DNA of 64,000 nt from an uncultured SAR86 cluster bacterium (GTDB taxonomy: Bacteria; Pseudomonadota; Gammaproteobacteria; Magnimaribacterales; AG-339-G14), in NCBI GenBank assembly GCA_902566955.1, contig CACFKX010000001.1:1813-65812 (forward strand). Direction: 5' to 3'. Both the position numbers and the translations under genes were made by a program. This document shows positions 31,486 to 40,896 of this stretch, one piece after another. How positions within the stretch are numbered: the first letter of the stretch is position 1; the number at the start of each line of letters is the position of its first letter. The notes below the pieces were generated by a model. It ran no database searches, was not told the origin of the DNA, and saw only the letters and a list, made by a program, of their open reading frames with translations.

Positions 31486-32903
31486 AATTGAAAATATATA
31501 AATTGATCTATTGGCCTTAAAAAGATAAATATTAAGACAAGCATTACAGAAAGTATAAAGATTTCGGAGTTTTTTACTATCATCAATTTACTTAATTTTT
31601 CTTTGATGAAATAAACAAGATAAAAACATATTAAAAGACAAAAAGTAACGAGATATACGTTTTCCCTCATTGAAAAAAATAAATAATTATTTAGCGAAAA
31701 CAACTTTCCCCACATCATTATTGCCGTTTCTAAATTTTCTGATCTAAAAGGTATCCAACCTAACATCATAATAGGTAAAGTGAACAAAGTTCCAATAAAA
31801 GTAATTATTCTATTTTTAAAGATTAAACTCTTTGAAGAAGTTAATATCCTTTGAAGAAAAACGAAGAAAGCGTGATATAGCCCCCACAGCACAAAAGTCC
31901 AATTTGCTCCATGCCAAAGACCCATAATTGCCCAAGAGTAAAATAATGCTCTATCGGAATTTTCAGGAGTCTTTTCTACAATTCCACCTGTTGATCTATT
32001 AACAACACTTGATCCAGTTAAAGGTAAATAAAGGTAGTCTCTTATCCAGCTTGATAATGATATGTGCCATCTTTTCCAAAAATCTCTTGGAGAGGTTGCC
32101 GAATATGGAAAATTAAAGTTTTCAGGGAATGTAATGCCCATCAATAAGGCAGCCCCAATTGCTATGTGAGAATAAGCGCTAAAATCAAAATAAATTTGGA
32201 ATCCAAACAAGAAGGATAAAGTTAATACATCCCAAGCTCCTATGTCTTCAATAGGAATATTGAATCCTGAATCAACAAAAGCAGAGATATTATCTGCAAG
32301 AACTACTTTAAGAAATAATCCATAAATAATTCTTCTGAGTCCATTACTAAATGAACTCAAAGAAAATACAGATCTATCTCTTAGCTGATGAATTACCTCA
32401 GATGCTCTTAATATTGGTCCTGCAATTAATTGAGGGAAAAAAATTACATAAGATGAGTAAAGTAAAAAGTTTTTTTCAGGTTTTATAAATCCCCTGTAAA
32501 CATCAACAACATAACTGATAGTTTGGAATGTATAAAAGCTAATGCCCAGAGGAAGAATTATTTTTAGAAAAATTAAATCAACTTCTAAGCCGAATAAATT
32601 TAAAAAACCTATTGAACTATTAGCAAAAAATATAAGATATTTAAAATAGAACAAAAGAAAAAGGTTTATGAATATGCTTAAATACAAAAATTTTATGTTT
32701 TTTGAAACGTAAATTTTCTTTGCTAAAAAAAAGTCGACAACAACAGAGAAAAGCATTACGAAAATAAATTCAAACTTCCAGAAACCATAGAAAATTAAAC
32801 TTGAAATGAAAATTAACAAAAGTCTCGGCTGTCTAGGCAGAGTCCAATAGAGAAGTACTACAGACGATAAAAATAATAAAAAAGTTATAGAATTAAATAT
32901 CAT
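31482..32903 (-). CDS. MBOAT-family membrane O-acyltransferase (AlgI/DltB-like)
   Basis: 473 aa multi-TM; FWKRWHISLSSWIRDYLYLPL with the conserved His, then LWHGANW. Confidence 0.85.
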   Translation of the reverse strand: MIFNSITFLLFLSSVVLLYWTLPRQPRLLLIFISSLIFYGFWKFEFIFVMLFSVVVDFFLAKKIYVSKNIKFLYLSIFINLFLLFYFKYLIFFANSSIGFLNLFGLEVDLIFLKIILPLGISFYTFQTISYVVDVYRGFIKPEKNFLLYSSYVIFFPQLIAGPILRASEVIHQLRDRSVFSLSSFSNGLRRIIYGLFLKVVLADNISAFVDSGFNIPIEDIGAWDVLTLSFLFGFQIYFDFSAYSHIAIGAALLMGITFPENFNFPYSATSPRDFWKRWHISLSSWIRDYLYLPLTGSSVVNRSTGGIVEKTPENSDRALFYSWAIMGLWHGANWTFVLWGLYHAFFVFLQRILTSSKSLIFKNRIITFIGTLFTLPIMMLGWIPFRSENLETAIMMWGKLFSLNNYLFFSMRENVYLVTFCLLICFYLVYFIKEKLSKLMIVKNSEIFILSVMLVLIFIFLRPIDQFIYFQF

Positions 32904-34024
32904 TTTTCAAATTTCGCGTTTGCAATACTTTTAGAAAGTTTATTAGATAGAATTTTATGACCTTGAAATTGAAAGTGCATAAAATCAAGTTCATTATTGC
33001 TTGATAAGCTAGTCGAATCTTTTTCCCCCCAATATTTTCCTTCAACTAAATTTTCTAAGTTCAAAAATACTGCTCCATATTTTGTTGTCAAATCAAAGGC
33101 CGTTTTTTTAAATTCCTCATACTCATTCAAATCATATGGAATATTTACATCATTTCTTATCGGTACGATATAAACCAGAATATTTTTTTCAGAAGACTTA
33201 GCTTCAATGATTAATTTTTCTAAAAAAAATAAATTTCTTTTATAAATTGCTGGAATTATTTTTCTTTCAGTTGAAGGAGTTATATTAAAAACTTTATTTC
33301 TAGTTTTATAAAGCATGCTGAAAAATGCTGCTCTTAATTTAGGTCTCATTTCCCATAACTGTGAATATTTATTTAACTCACTATCCAGAAATCTCTCGGC
33401 TTTATCTTGAAAAGAACCATCTAAACCATTAAAGTCTGACTCAGAAGAGCTATTTTTAAGATTTTTGAGTTCTCTTGAAGATTCTTCATCTAGGGAAGAA
33501 GTAAATCCATCCAAATAAAGCAATTCCTCAAAGCTTGATCTTAAATTGCCTTCTCTAAAATCATCCATTACCAATGGCAAAAGAAGCGTTTTTATATCAA
33601 GGTTCATATCTAGATACTTATACAAAAGATATTTTTCAATGTAGTTAATATTTGGCATTGAAAAAGTTGTAAGGTTTTTTCCTTGAGAATCGAGTTCATT
33701 AAAAAGTATTTCAGGGGCTGGAACTTGTCCTTCTTCATATTGATTTATTCCATGAAGTTGTGAATTACCAATCCATAAAATATTATTTGAGAAATCATTT
33801 GCATAATTAATGCATTTTTTTGAGTCTTTTATGCCTTTACAATGAATTGAGCCTTTTTTTGATTTTCCATAAATACTTTTTGTCGCCTTTCCTAAGGCTA
33901 ATTCATTCCCATCCTGAAATAGTTCAGACTCTAAGATTAGAATGTTTAAGAAGCTAATACTCAATAAAGAAAGAAGGGAGATAAAAATTATGTATTTAAT
34001 AAAGTTATATTTAAGACTCATCAA
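32900..34024 (-). CDS. Exported SGNH-like partner of the MBOAT (AlgJ/AlgX/DltD-like role inferred)
   Basis: 374 aa; N-terminal TM/signal, block I-like WIGNSQLHG, C-terminal DFMHF (DxxH); start overlaps the MBOAT stop by 4 nt. Confidence 0.45.
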   Translation of the reverse strand: MMSLKYNFIKYIIFISLLSLLSISFLNILILESELFQDGNELALGKATKSIYGKSKKGSIHCKGIKDSKKCINYANDFSNNILWIGNSQLHGINQYEEGQVPAPEILFNELDSQGKNLTTFSMPNINYIEKYLLYKYLDMNLDIKTLLLPLVMDDFREGNLRSSFEELLYLDGFTSSLDEESSRELKNLKNSSSESDFNGLDGSFQDKAERFLDSELNKYSQLWEMRPKLRAAFFSMLYKTRNKVFNITPSTERKIIPAIYKRNLFFLEKLIIEAKSSEKNILVYIVPIRNDVNIPYDLNEYEEFKKTAFDLTTKYGAVFLNLENLVEGKYWGEKDSTSLSSNNELDFMHFQFQGHKILSNKLSKSIANAKFEK

Positions 34025-34036
34025 AATACAAACGCT

Positions 34037-35278
34037 TTAATTTTTTTTTGAATAAAAAGTTAACTTATCTTTGAAAAGCCAATAACAAAATAAAATAAAA
34101 ATAGTAAAAAATAGTATGTTCTTAATACTAGCAATTACTAATACAAAATCATTTCTGTGGACATAAAAAGCTAAAAAACCAAGGACGTAAAGAAAGATTA
34201 CTGTTGATTCTTTAGAGGTATGAAATGCCAAATTAAATTGAGTAATTATAAATATTATTATTAGTGAAAAAATAAAAACACCAACAAAGCCACCTGCCTG
34301 AAAGATCTCTCCCCAAATTGAGCTTCCAAGCCCATAAGAAAAACCTGGATTAGCTCTTGCTTCTATAACAGTAGAAAATCTTGATTCTTGCTCTCCTATT
34401 CCAACTAAATCATCCACCACAGGAATAGAGCCAACTACAGCGCTATTAAAAGAGTAATAATCTGAAAGATTTTGAGATGAAGTTAATGAAAGATTCGAAG
34501 CCTGTTGACCAAACTCTGCCGAAAAAAAAGCATAAAGCAAAAATCCAGCCAAGTTATCGAATCTTGAGTCGAGCTCAAGAATTCTCGAAATAGTATCAAA
34601 ACTCAGCAATTTAAGGTCAATATAAGAAATTTTGTACAAAACAAAAGCAGTGAAAATTAAGAGCATTACCAGAATGGGAATAAAATTTCGCAATCTAAAT
34701 ATTTTTTGATTGTAGTAAAGAATGAAGAAACCACATGCCAAACAGACAGCCATAGCCGCCCGAAACCCAATGAAGACATAAAAGAGTAAAGGAATAATTG
34801 CCCAGAAAGCTAAAGAATATCTCTTACTTGTAAGTGCATATAAAAAAGTCATTGCAGCTGGAAAGTAAGTTATAAGATAGTATGTCATTCCAGTTGATCT
34901 CAAAAATTCAGCTTTACCAGAAAGTAAATTTCCCCAGCCGGCATAGGCTGCATAAGCAGTCGATAAATATGAAAAAATAAGCAATAGGTAGAAGAAAATC
35001 AGTTCATCCCCCTCTTTTGATCTGTCGTACTTCTTCTCCCTTGTCGAACCTATCTTTACATCATTTACAATTGCAAAAAAAAGCAAAACCATCAAAACAA
35101 TTGAAATTATGACTTTAGATTGCTCCGAGGCGGGAAAAGTATATGGAGGAACCCAGATCGTTCCAGAAATTATTTGCCAGTTATAAAGCAAAGTTGATAA
35201 GAGAAATAAAAGAAGAAAGTCGATTTTGTTTCTTAAAAGAAAGTAAATGCTGGTGATAGTTGCTGTAGTAGTTAACAT
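34037..35278 (-). CDS. Wzy-like O-antigen/capsule repeat-unit polymerase
   Basis: 413 aa, about 10-12 TM segments with one larger loop, no soluble domains; sits in a cluster with Wzx and Wzz. Confidence 0.55.
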   Translation of the reverse strand: MLTTTATITSIYFLLRNKIDFLLLFLLSTLLYNWQIISGTIWVPPYTFPASEQSKVIISIVLMVLLFFAIVNDVKIGSTREKKYDRSKEGDELIFFYLLLIFSYLSTAYAAYAGWGNLLSGKAEFLRSTGMTYYLITYFPAAMTFLYALTSKRYSLAFWAIIPLLFYVFIGFRAAMAVCLACGFFILYYNQKIFRLRNFIPILVMLLIFTAFVLYKISYIDLKLLSFDTISRILELDSRFDNLAGFLLYAFFSAEFGQQASNLSLTSSQNLSDYYSFNSAVVGSIPVVDDLVGIGEQESRFSTVIEARANPGFSYGLGSSIWGEIFQAGGFVGVFIFSLIIIFIITQFNLAFHTSKESTVIFLYVLGFLAFYVHRNDFVLVIASIKNILFFTIFILFCYWLFKDKLTFYSKKN

Positions 35279-38200
35279 TAGGAATTAATTTTATTTTCTC
35301 TAGAAAATAAATTTGCCATTAGAAAGTCATTTTCATCTTTAATTTTGAAAGATGACAGTGAATCGATTAATACATGTCCAGAACCAGGGCTGGTAAGAAG
35401 CCTATTTTTTTTATACCAAGAAAAGTTCACGCTATGAATTCCACCAATTTCCTCAAATATAAAATCCCGCTCTAATCGGAGTTTTTTATTGTTAGAAAGT
35501 GGCGACAACCCATTACCTTCATGAGTATAAAAGTTTGAATTTGAATTTAGGACGCTAAATGATGAATTAGTACCAAAAACTTCCATCACATCTAGTGAAC
35601 TCTTTAAATAGTTCAATTTGAAAAACGGGTATTCATAGTTGACTACTGAAATAAATTTAATATCTTTATTCGAAGGTGCAAAATTATTTAATACATCATC
35701 AATCGTTTCTTCAATTGGAATATTTAAAGCCGCCAAATCTGGCTTTCTATTATGAAAAATTACTTTATTTGACTTTTCTAAAACTTTTTCAATGCGTTTG
35801 TCATCTGAACTAACTATTATTTTGTAAATTTTTGAACTTTCTTCTATTTTTGAAATGAGATTATTTATGATTGTCGATTTGCCAAATTTTTTTAAATAAA
35901 GAGGATTATCAGAAGAATCTTCTCTAATAGGGATTATTACAAGGGTTTTTTCTTTTGATACATTAGGATGATTTGATAAGATTTTAGACCTTGTTGATAG
36001 GATTTTTTCTTGATTTTTTGTGAGACTTTTTGGATGTTGTCTGTAATAAAAAAGAGGAATATTTAAGTTTGTCACTTCATATTTATTAGCGATCTTAGTC
36101 CATATCTCGTATCCATCCTGTCTGTCATATCTTTCATCGTATCCATTTATTTCTCTAAGGACAGAAGTCCTTATCATAGTACAAGCTCCGTGAGCGGGGA
36201 GATCAAGTACTTTAACTTCATTCTTGAAATCATTCCTTTTTTCCTGAGCAATGACATTATCTTTTTCATCGATTAAGTAATAATCAGGAAAAACTAACGC
36301 ATAATTGTCATTACCTTCCAGCACATCGGCTAAGTAATTTAAGGCATTCTTATCAAAGAAATCATCGGCATCAAGCCTTATTATATATTTTCCCCTAGCA
36401 TGAGATAGGGCAATATTATTGGTTTTATTCAATCCTAAATTTTTTTGCAGGAGAATTTTGACTTTTGGATGATTTGAATATTTATTAATAATATTCACAG
36501 AATTATCTTTAGAGCCATCATCAATTATAATTAGTTCAAAATCACGGAAATTTTGATCAAGAACTGAAGAAATAGCCTTTTCAACATAACGTTCATAGTT
36601 GTAACAAGTAATATAAACTGTAATTAAAGGATCATTAAGATATCCTTTCCAATCGACTTTAAGCTCATATTTCTTTGGAATTGACCTCTGTATAGTTTTT
36701 GAATTTACGCTTCTGAGTTTTTTATTGTTTTTAAAAAAGTTGTAAATGTCATCTATTTCATAATTATAGGTTTTGCCTATCTTTTTCATTTTTATCAAAA
36801 ATTTATTAATAACTTTGAAATCAAGTTCTGTATCTAAAGTTAACCTTAGGGGTGGAAAATTTGTATCAACGTCTAGGCTTGAGGTATTAAAATGCTCTCT
36901 AAGGTTTAAAACAAAGTTTGTTAAATATTCAGAGCCTGAAGTATCTTCATAATTTGAATTTATGAATTTAAGTATTTTTTTACTAAAAATTTCTGCCTCT
37001 GTTCCACTTGGGAGTCCTTTAGCGTCGCAGTAATCTGAATTATTAATCTTAAAAGTATTAATTGTTTTCTTTAAAGATGCAGGATCCACCAAAATATCAT
37101 CACCAGTTATCCTTAAAATAATTTCATAACCTTCATTGTCATCAATAGCTAGCATCATTCTTTTGAGGACATTTTCTTCTGAACCTCTATAAACTTGTGC
37201 GCCATTTTTAGAGAGTAGATTTGCTAAATTGTCGTCTGTAGATGAATCGGTCGTACAAAAGACAACTTTATCTATTACTTTCCTTTTTGTTGAAACCTCA
37301 AGTCTTTTCAATAAGTGAATGATTGTCTCTTCGTCGTTTATCTTCAAAAGAGCTTTATTTGGAAGCCTAGATGAATTTGTTCTTACAACAACTACAGCTA
37401 AAGATTTTAATTCCAGATCAGCTTTGGTGACTTGAGTATCTTTTGAAACATCTTTTGTAATTTTCTTTCCTATTATTTCTTTGTAAAAAATATTTGGTTT
37501 ATTACATTCCAATCTTTTCATGATCACATCTGATTCTTTGATAATTGAGCCCTTTTTAATATTTTTCTTCCACACAAATACCTTCTTTGCTTTTGATCTA
37601 TATTCTTCTTCTGCAGGCGAAAAGAAAGGCTGGCTAATAAAATTTTTTTCAGATTTTCTTAAGTGTTTTATAAAGGATTTCATTTCTTTGGGTTCTAAAG
37701 ATGAAAAATAGTCAACACCTCTTAGACTGCGGTCCAAAGTGATGTGTTTTTCTAAGTATGAAATCCCCAAAGGGACAGTTTGAAGAGGAAGGGTATATGT
37801 CTCAAGTTTTTCTGCATCAGCATGATCCATAAAACCATATTTAATTTTATCTCCAAATAGATCTTTTAAAAATATTAGTTTATCTAGATTATTTTCATCA
37901 AAAGGAGTTGGGTAAGTTTGAAATCCATGCATCAAGATTAATTCTTTAGCCATACTTTGATGAATAAATTGTGAAATTGAATCTTTTAGCTCAGGAATAG
38001 TCGAGCCGCCTGCAGAAAAAAATATCTTCCCTTCGAAATCTCTCAACTGATCTAATAGCGGAATATTTCCTAAATCAGAGGAATGAATCTTTATTCCATC
38101 TAATTTTAAATTTTTTGCAAATTTCAAAGAATCAAGCCCAAATACATCAGCATAAATTTCAATTTTATCGTTGGAAATTGAATTAAAAATTTCTTCCCAC

Positions 38201-38412
38201 TCTTTTTTTGAAAAAGCTTGATTCTTAAAATGTTTAAATCGAGAATGTTTTTTTACTAAAAGTTCATCAGCTGAATAAATCTGAAATTTTATTGCGTCTA
38301 TTCCAGTTTTATTAATTTCATTTGCAAGTTTTATTGCTTGCCTGAAATCTCCCTGATGAGAATTTGCAATCTCACCTATAACAGATATTTTATTTTTCAT
38401 CTTAAGAGTCAA
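35278..38412 (-). CDS. Four-domain fusion: NeuB-like synthase (with SAF) + SpsF/NeuA-like cytidylyltransferase + GT2 glycosyltransferase + second cytidylyltransferase-like domain
   Basis: 1,044 aa. Residues 1-340: VIGEIANSHQGDF..AIKFQ..LEKHITLD plus SAF. About 345-560: VVVRTNSSRLPNKALL..ITGDD. About 590-810: TVYITCYNYERYVEKAISSVLDQNF..LIIIDDGSKDNS..RLDADD. About 820-1044: VIIPIREDSSDNPL. Confidence 0.7.
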   Translation of the reverse strand: MTLKMKNKISVIGEIANSHQGDFRQAIKLANEINKTGIDAIKFQIYSADELLVKKHSRFKHFKNQAFSKKEWEEIFNSISNDKIEIYADVFGLDSLKFAKNLKLDGIKIHSSDLGNIPLLDQLRDFEGKIFFSAGGSTIPELKDSISQFIHQSMAKELILMHGFQTYPTPFDENNLDKLIFLKDLFGDKIKYGFMDHADAEKLETYTLPLQTVPLGISYLEKHITLDRSLRGVDYFSSLEPKEMKSFIKHLRKSEKNFISQPFFSPAEEEYRSKAKKVFVWKKNIKKGSIIKESDVIMKRLECNKPNIFYKEIIGKKITKDVSKDTQVTKADLELKSLAVVVVRTNSSRLPNKALLKINDEETIIHLLKRLEVSTKRKVIDKVVFCTTDSSTDDNLANLLSKNGAQVYRGSEENVLKRMMLAIDDNEGYEIILRITGDDILVDPASLKKTINTFKINNSDYCDAKGLPSGTEAEIFSKKILKFINSNYEDTSGSEYLTNFVLNLREHFNTSSLDVDTNFPPLRLTLDTELDFKVINKFLIKMKKIGKTYNYEIDDIYNFFKNNKKLRSVNSKTIQRSIPKKYELKVDWKGYLNDPLITVYITCYNYERYVEKAISSVLDQNFRDFELIIIDDGSKDNSVNIINKYSNHPKVKILLQKNLGLNKTNNIALSHARGKYIIRLDADDFFDKNALNYLADVLEGNDNYALVFPDYYLIDEKDNVIAQEKRNDFKNEVKVLDLPAHGACTMIRTSVLREINGYDERYDRQDGYEIWTKIANKYEVTNLNIPLFYYRQHPKSLTKNQEKILSTRSKILSNHPNVSKEKTLVIIPIREDSSDNPLYLKKFGKSTIINNLISKIEESSKIYKIIVSSDDKRIEKVLEKSNKVIFHNRKPDLAALNIPIEETIDDVLNNFAPSNKDIKFISVVNYEYPFFKLNYLKSSLDVMEVFGTNSSFSVLNSNSNFYTHEGNGLSPLSNNKKLRLERDFIFEEIGGIHSVNFSWYKKNRLLTSPGSGHVLIDSLSSFKIKDENDFLMANLFSRENKINS

Positions 38413-39736
38413 TTTGAAATATAAGCTTTTCTAAAGACTTAGTATTATCAGCAAAACTAATGTTGTGACCATCTATGTAGTCATTGAAGTAATTCTTGCC
38501 TCTATTATCAATTAATATAGATTTTATTCCTAGAAAATTTGCTTCAAAGATACTTGATGAAAAGGCAGTCAAATGAAAGTCAGCAATTGAAAGTGATTCC
38601 AAGAGAGGATTTTTTGAAATTGTCTCAATATCCACAAATTCCATCTTGCTAAATAAATTTTTGTAAAATTCAAAATTCTTCAAAGATATTTGCCTCGGAT
38701 GAAGTCTTATCAGTAAGTTTATTTTTTTGTTATTTTTTTCTAAAAAATCAATGACAAATGAATTTTCAACTTGAAAGGAAGGTTGAAGTGTAATGAGAAG
38801 ATTAATTTTGTTTTCATTTCTCAATGATGACACCGAATCATCTAGTTTAATGTTCTTAAAGGTGGTTAACCATTTGTAGCCATCTATTTGAACTTTGTGT
38901 TTATTAGTAAGTTTGACCAACTTTCTTAAACCTATTGAAGATTTTTCATCCCAACAAGAAAAAATATTTGGTAAAAATTTATACCCATCTTTATCAATTA
39001 AATTCCAGTTACCAAATGCCGGGTTATGCTGTGATTGACCGCCATGCTGCATGCAAACATTAAGAAGCTTTAACCTATCAGCTGCAAGACTAAGTGCAAA
39101 ACCAAAATTATCGTAATAAATTGCTTGATATATTTTTTTTACTTTCAACCTTTTTAAGAATTTTTCTAAAAATTTTGATAAGAAAAAGATATATGCAATT
39201 CTCGACATAACCTTAAACCTTGATATTTTGAAATCAAGATTTAGTTCTTTTTTTGCCTCATAAATTAATCTGAGATTCTTCTGATAATTTGGATTTAAGG
39301 ATAAAAGTGGAGCTAAGATCACAGAAATTGCTTTAAGTATTTTAACTTGATACAGAATGCTACCGATCTTATAAGTGATTGAACCATCCATTAAACTCAA
39401 ATCTTCAAGGTTTAATATTAAATTTCTATTACTAATATTTGATAAGGATGACATTACTCTGTCGTAATATTTATTATCTATTTCAATGAAATAGTTAGAG
39501 TGAGTAACGATTAAGTTTTCTGGATTTTTAACCATCATCTTTGGTTTCTTTTTAAAATAAGATTGAGATTCTTCATTATTTATACTTTGCTTTGAGGAAA
39601 TTAGTGAAAATGCGAACAAAGTTCGTATGACGGGCCAAAAATCTTCACCAAAAAAGTAGAATCTTGATTGTCCTTTCGAATCAAGAAAAATTTCAAGATT
39701 TGATAAGCCTTCAGAAATTTCTTTGTTATTTCTCAA
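38402..39736 (-). CDS. Hypothetical protein; possible GT-B-like glycosyltransferase with HP motif
   Basis: 444 aa; no confident family. C-terminal half has LLIRLHPRQ and a SSSIFEANFLG pattern reminiscent of capsule/sialyl-type transferases. Confidence 0.3.
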   Translation of the reverse strand: MRNNKEISEGLSNLEIFLDSKGQSRFYFFGEDFWPVIRTLFAFSLISSKQSINNEESQSYFKKKPKMMVKNPENLIVTHSNYFIEIDNKYYDRVMSSLSNISNRNLILNLEDLSLMDGSITYKIGSILYQVKILKAISVILAPLLSLNPNYQKNLRLIYEAKKELNLDFKISRFKVMSRIAYIFFLSKFLEKFLKRLKVKKIYQAIYYDNFGFALSLAADRLKLLNVCMQHGGQSQHNPAFGNWNLIDKDGYKFLPNIFSCWDEKSSIGLRKLVKLTNKHKVQIDGYKWLTTFKNIKLDDSVSSLRNENKINLLITLQPSFQVENSFVIDFLEKNNKKINLLIRLHPRQISLKNFEFYKNLFSKMEFVDIETISKNPLLESLSIADFHLTAFSSSIFEANFLGIKSILIDNRGKNYFNDYIDGHNISFADNTKSLEKLIFQIDS

Positions 39737-39739
39737 AAT

Positions 39740-40747
39740 TTACTCAAAGTCTTCTAGACTAATCTTTTCTAATTTTGATAAATTTCGCTTAGTTTTTTTA
39801 CCTAGAATAAGATCAAGCTGATTAGCTTTTAGGCCTGCTTCAGGTCTAAGAAAAGTAAAATCATCTTTCTCCACAACAGTGTTTTCTCTCAGATCTCTTG
39901 AAGGATAAATTGATTTTCTAAATGATTTAATATGATCAGTTGAGATCTCTGAAAAAGTAGGTTTTTTTTCAGACAAACCTAATGAGTCTGAGATAAATTG
40001 TATTTTTCTCCTTAATTGTTTTACCTCATCTTTTGTAAATGAAACAGAATGGTCTCTAAAGGCCTTTCCTTCTCTTTTATCTGTAAAATGAAATTCTAAG
40101 ATTTTTGCACCTTTAACTAATGCATATTCTAATGATGAAAGATTGGGAGAATGGTTTGAATATCCAATTATATAGTCAAATTCCTTTTTAAGAGTCTCAA
40201 TAACGTTTAAGTTCAACTCGATATCTGGACAGGGATAAACGCTTGTGCATTGCATGATGCATAACATATTTTTACTTTTATATTTTTCGTTAGTATTAAT
40301 GAGAACGTCAACTGCATCTCTAATCTCTTTAAGATTGGCCAAACCTGAAGATATAATCACGGGCTTACCTCTTTTTGCCAGTTTTTCTAGAATAGGAAAA
40401 CAAGTTAAATCACCTGATCCAACCTTGTAAAATGTAAGATATTTATCAAAAATCTCAATTTGAGCATCGTTCCAAATTGAGGCATTAAAATCAACATTTG
40501 ATCTTATGCATTTTTCAGCAAGTTGTTGATATTGTTCATTGGTTAAAGAAAACTTATCAAAGTGTTCTTTCCTTTGCTTATCAATAGTTTCATTTACTAG
40601 AGTTTTACCGGAATAAATTTGAAACTTTATGCTATCGACTCCTGATTCAATTGCTAAATCTGTAAGATGATTAGCGTATTCAAAATCACCTTCGTGATTT
40701 CCCCCAATTTCAGCTATAAGTTTTACCTTATTCGTATCAAAATCCAT
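39740..40747 (-). CDS. neuB: NeuB-family nonulosonic acid synthase (Neu5Ac/legionaminic/pseudaminic/Kdn type)
   Basis: 335 aa; LIAEIGGNHEGDFEYA, SIKFQ, GYSNHS, LEFHFTDKR, C-terminal SAF domain. Confidence 0.8.
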   Translation of the reverse strand: MDFDTNKVKLIAEIGGNHEGDFEYANHLTDLAIESGVDSIKFQIYSGKTLVNETIDKQRKEHFDKFSLTNEQYQQLAEKCIRSNVDFNASIWNDAQIEIFDKYLTFYKVGSGDLTCFPILEKLAKRGKPVIISSGLANLKEIRDAVDVLINTNEKYKSKNMLCIMQCTSVYPCPDIELNLNVIETLKKEFDYIIGYSNHSPNLSSLEYALVKGAKILEFHFTDKREGKAFRDHSVSFTKDEVKQLRRKIQFISDSLGLSEKKPTFSEISTDHIKSFRKSIYPSRDLRENTVVEKDDFTFLRPEAGLKANQLDLILGKKTKRNLSKLEKISLEDFE

Positions 40748-40809
40748 TTTTTAATTTTATATTACTTTCTTCTTGAGTAAGTTAAAATTCAGATAAATAA
40801 AACTTTCTT

Positions 40810-40896
40810 ATGTATCTTGTTGCCGGTGGAGCTGGTTTTTTCGGCGAGGAAATAATTTCTAAACTTTTATCTCAGGGAGAAAAAGTTAAAAATTAG
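40810..40896 (+). pseudogene. Remnant of an SDR epimerase/dehydratase N-terminus (28 codons)
   Basis: ATG at 40810 gives MYLVAGGAGFFGEEIISKLLSQGEKVKN then stop: a Rossmann GxxGxxG start with no body, on the opposite strand in the largest spacer of the island. Confidence 0.55.
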
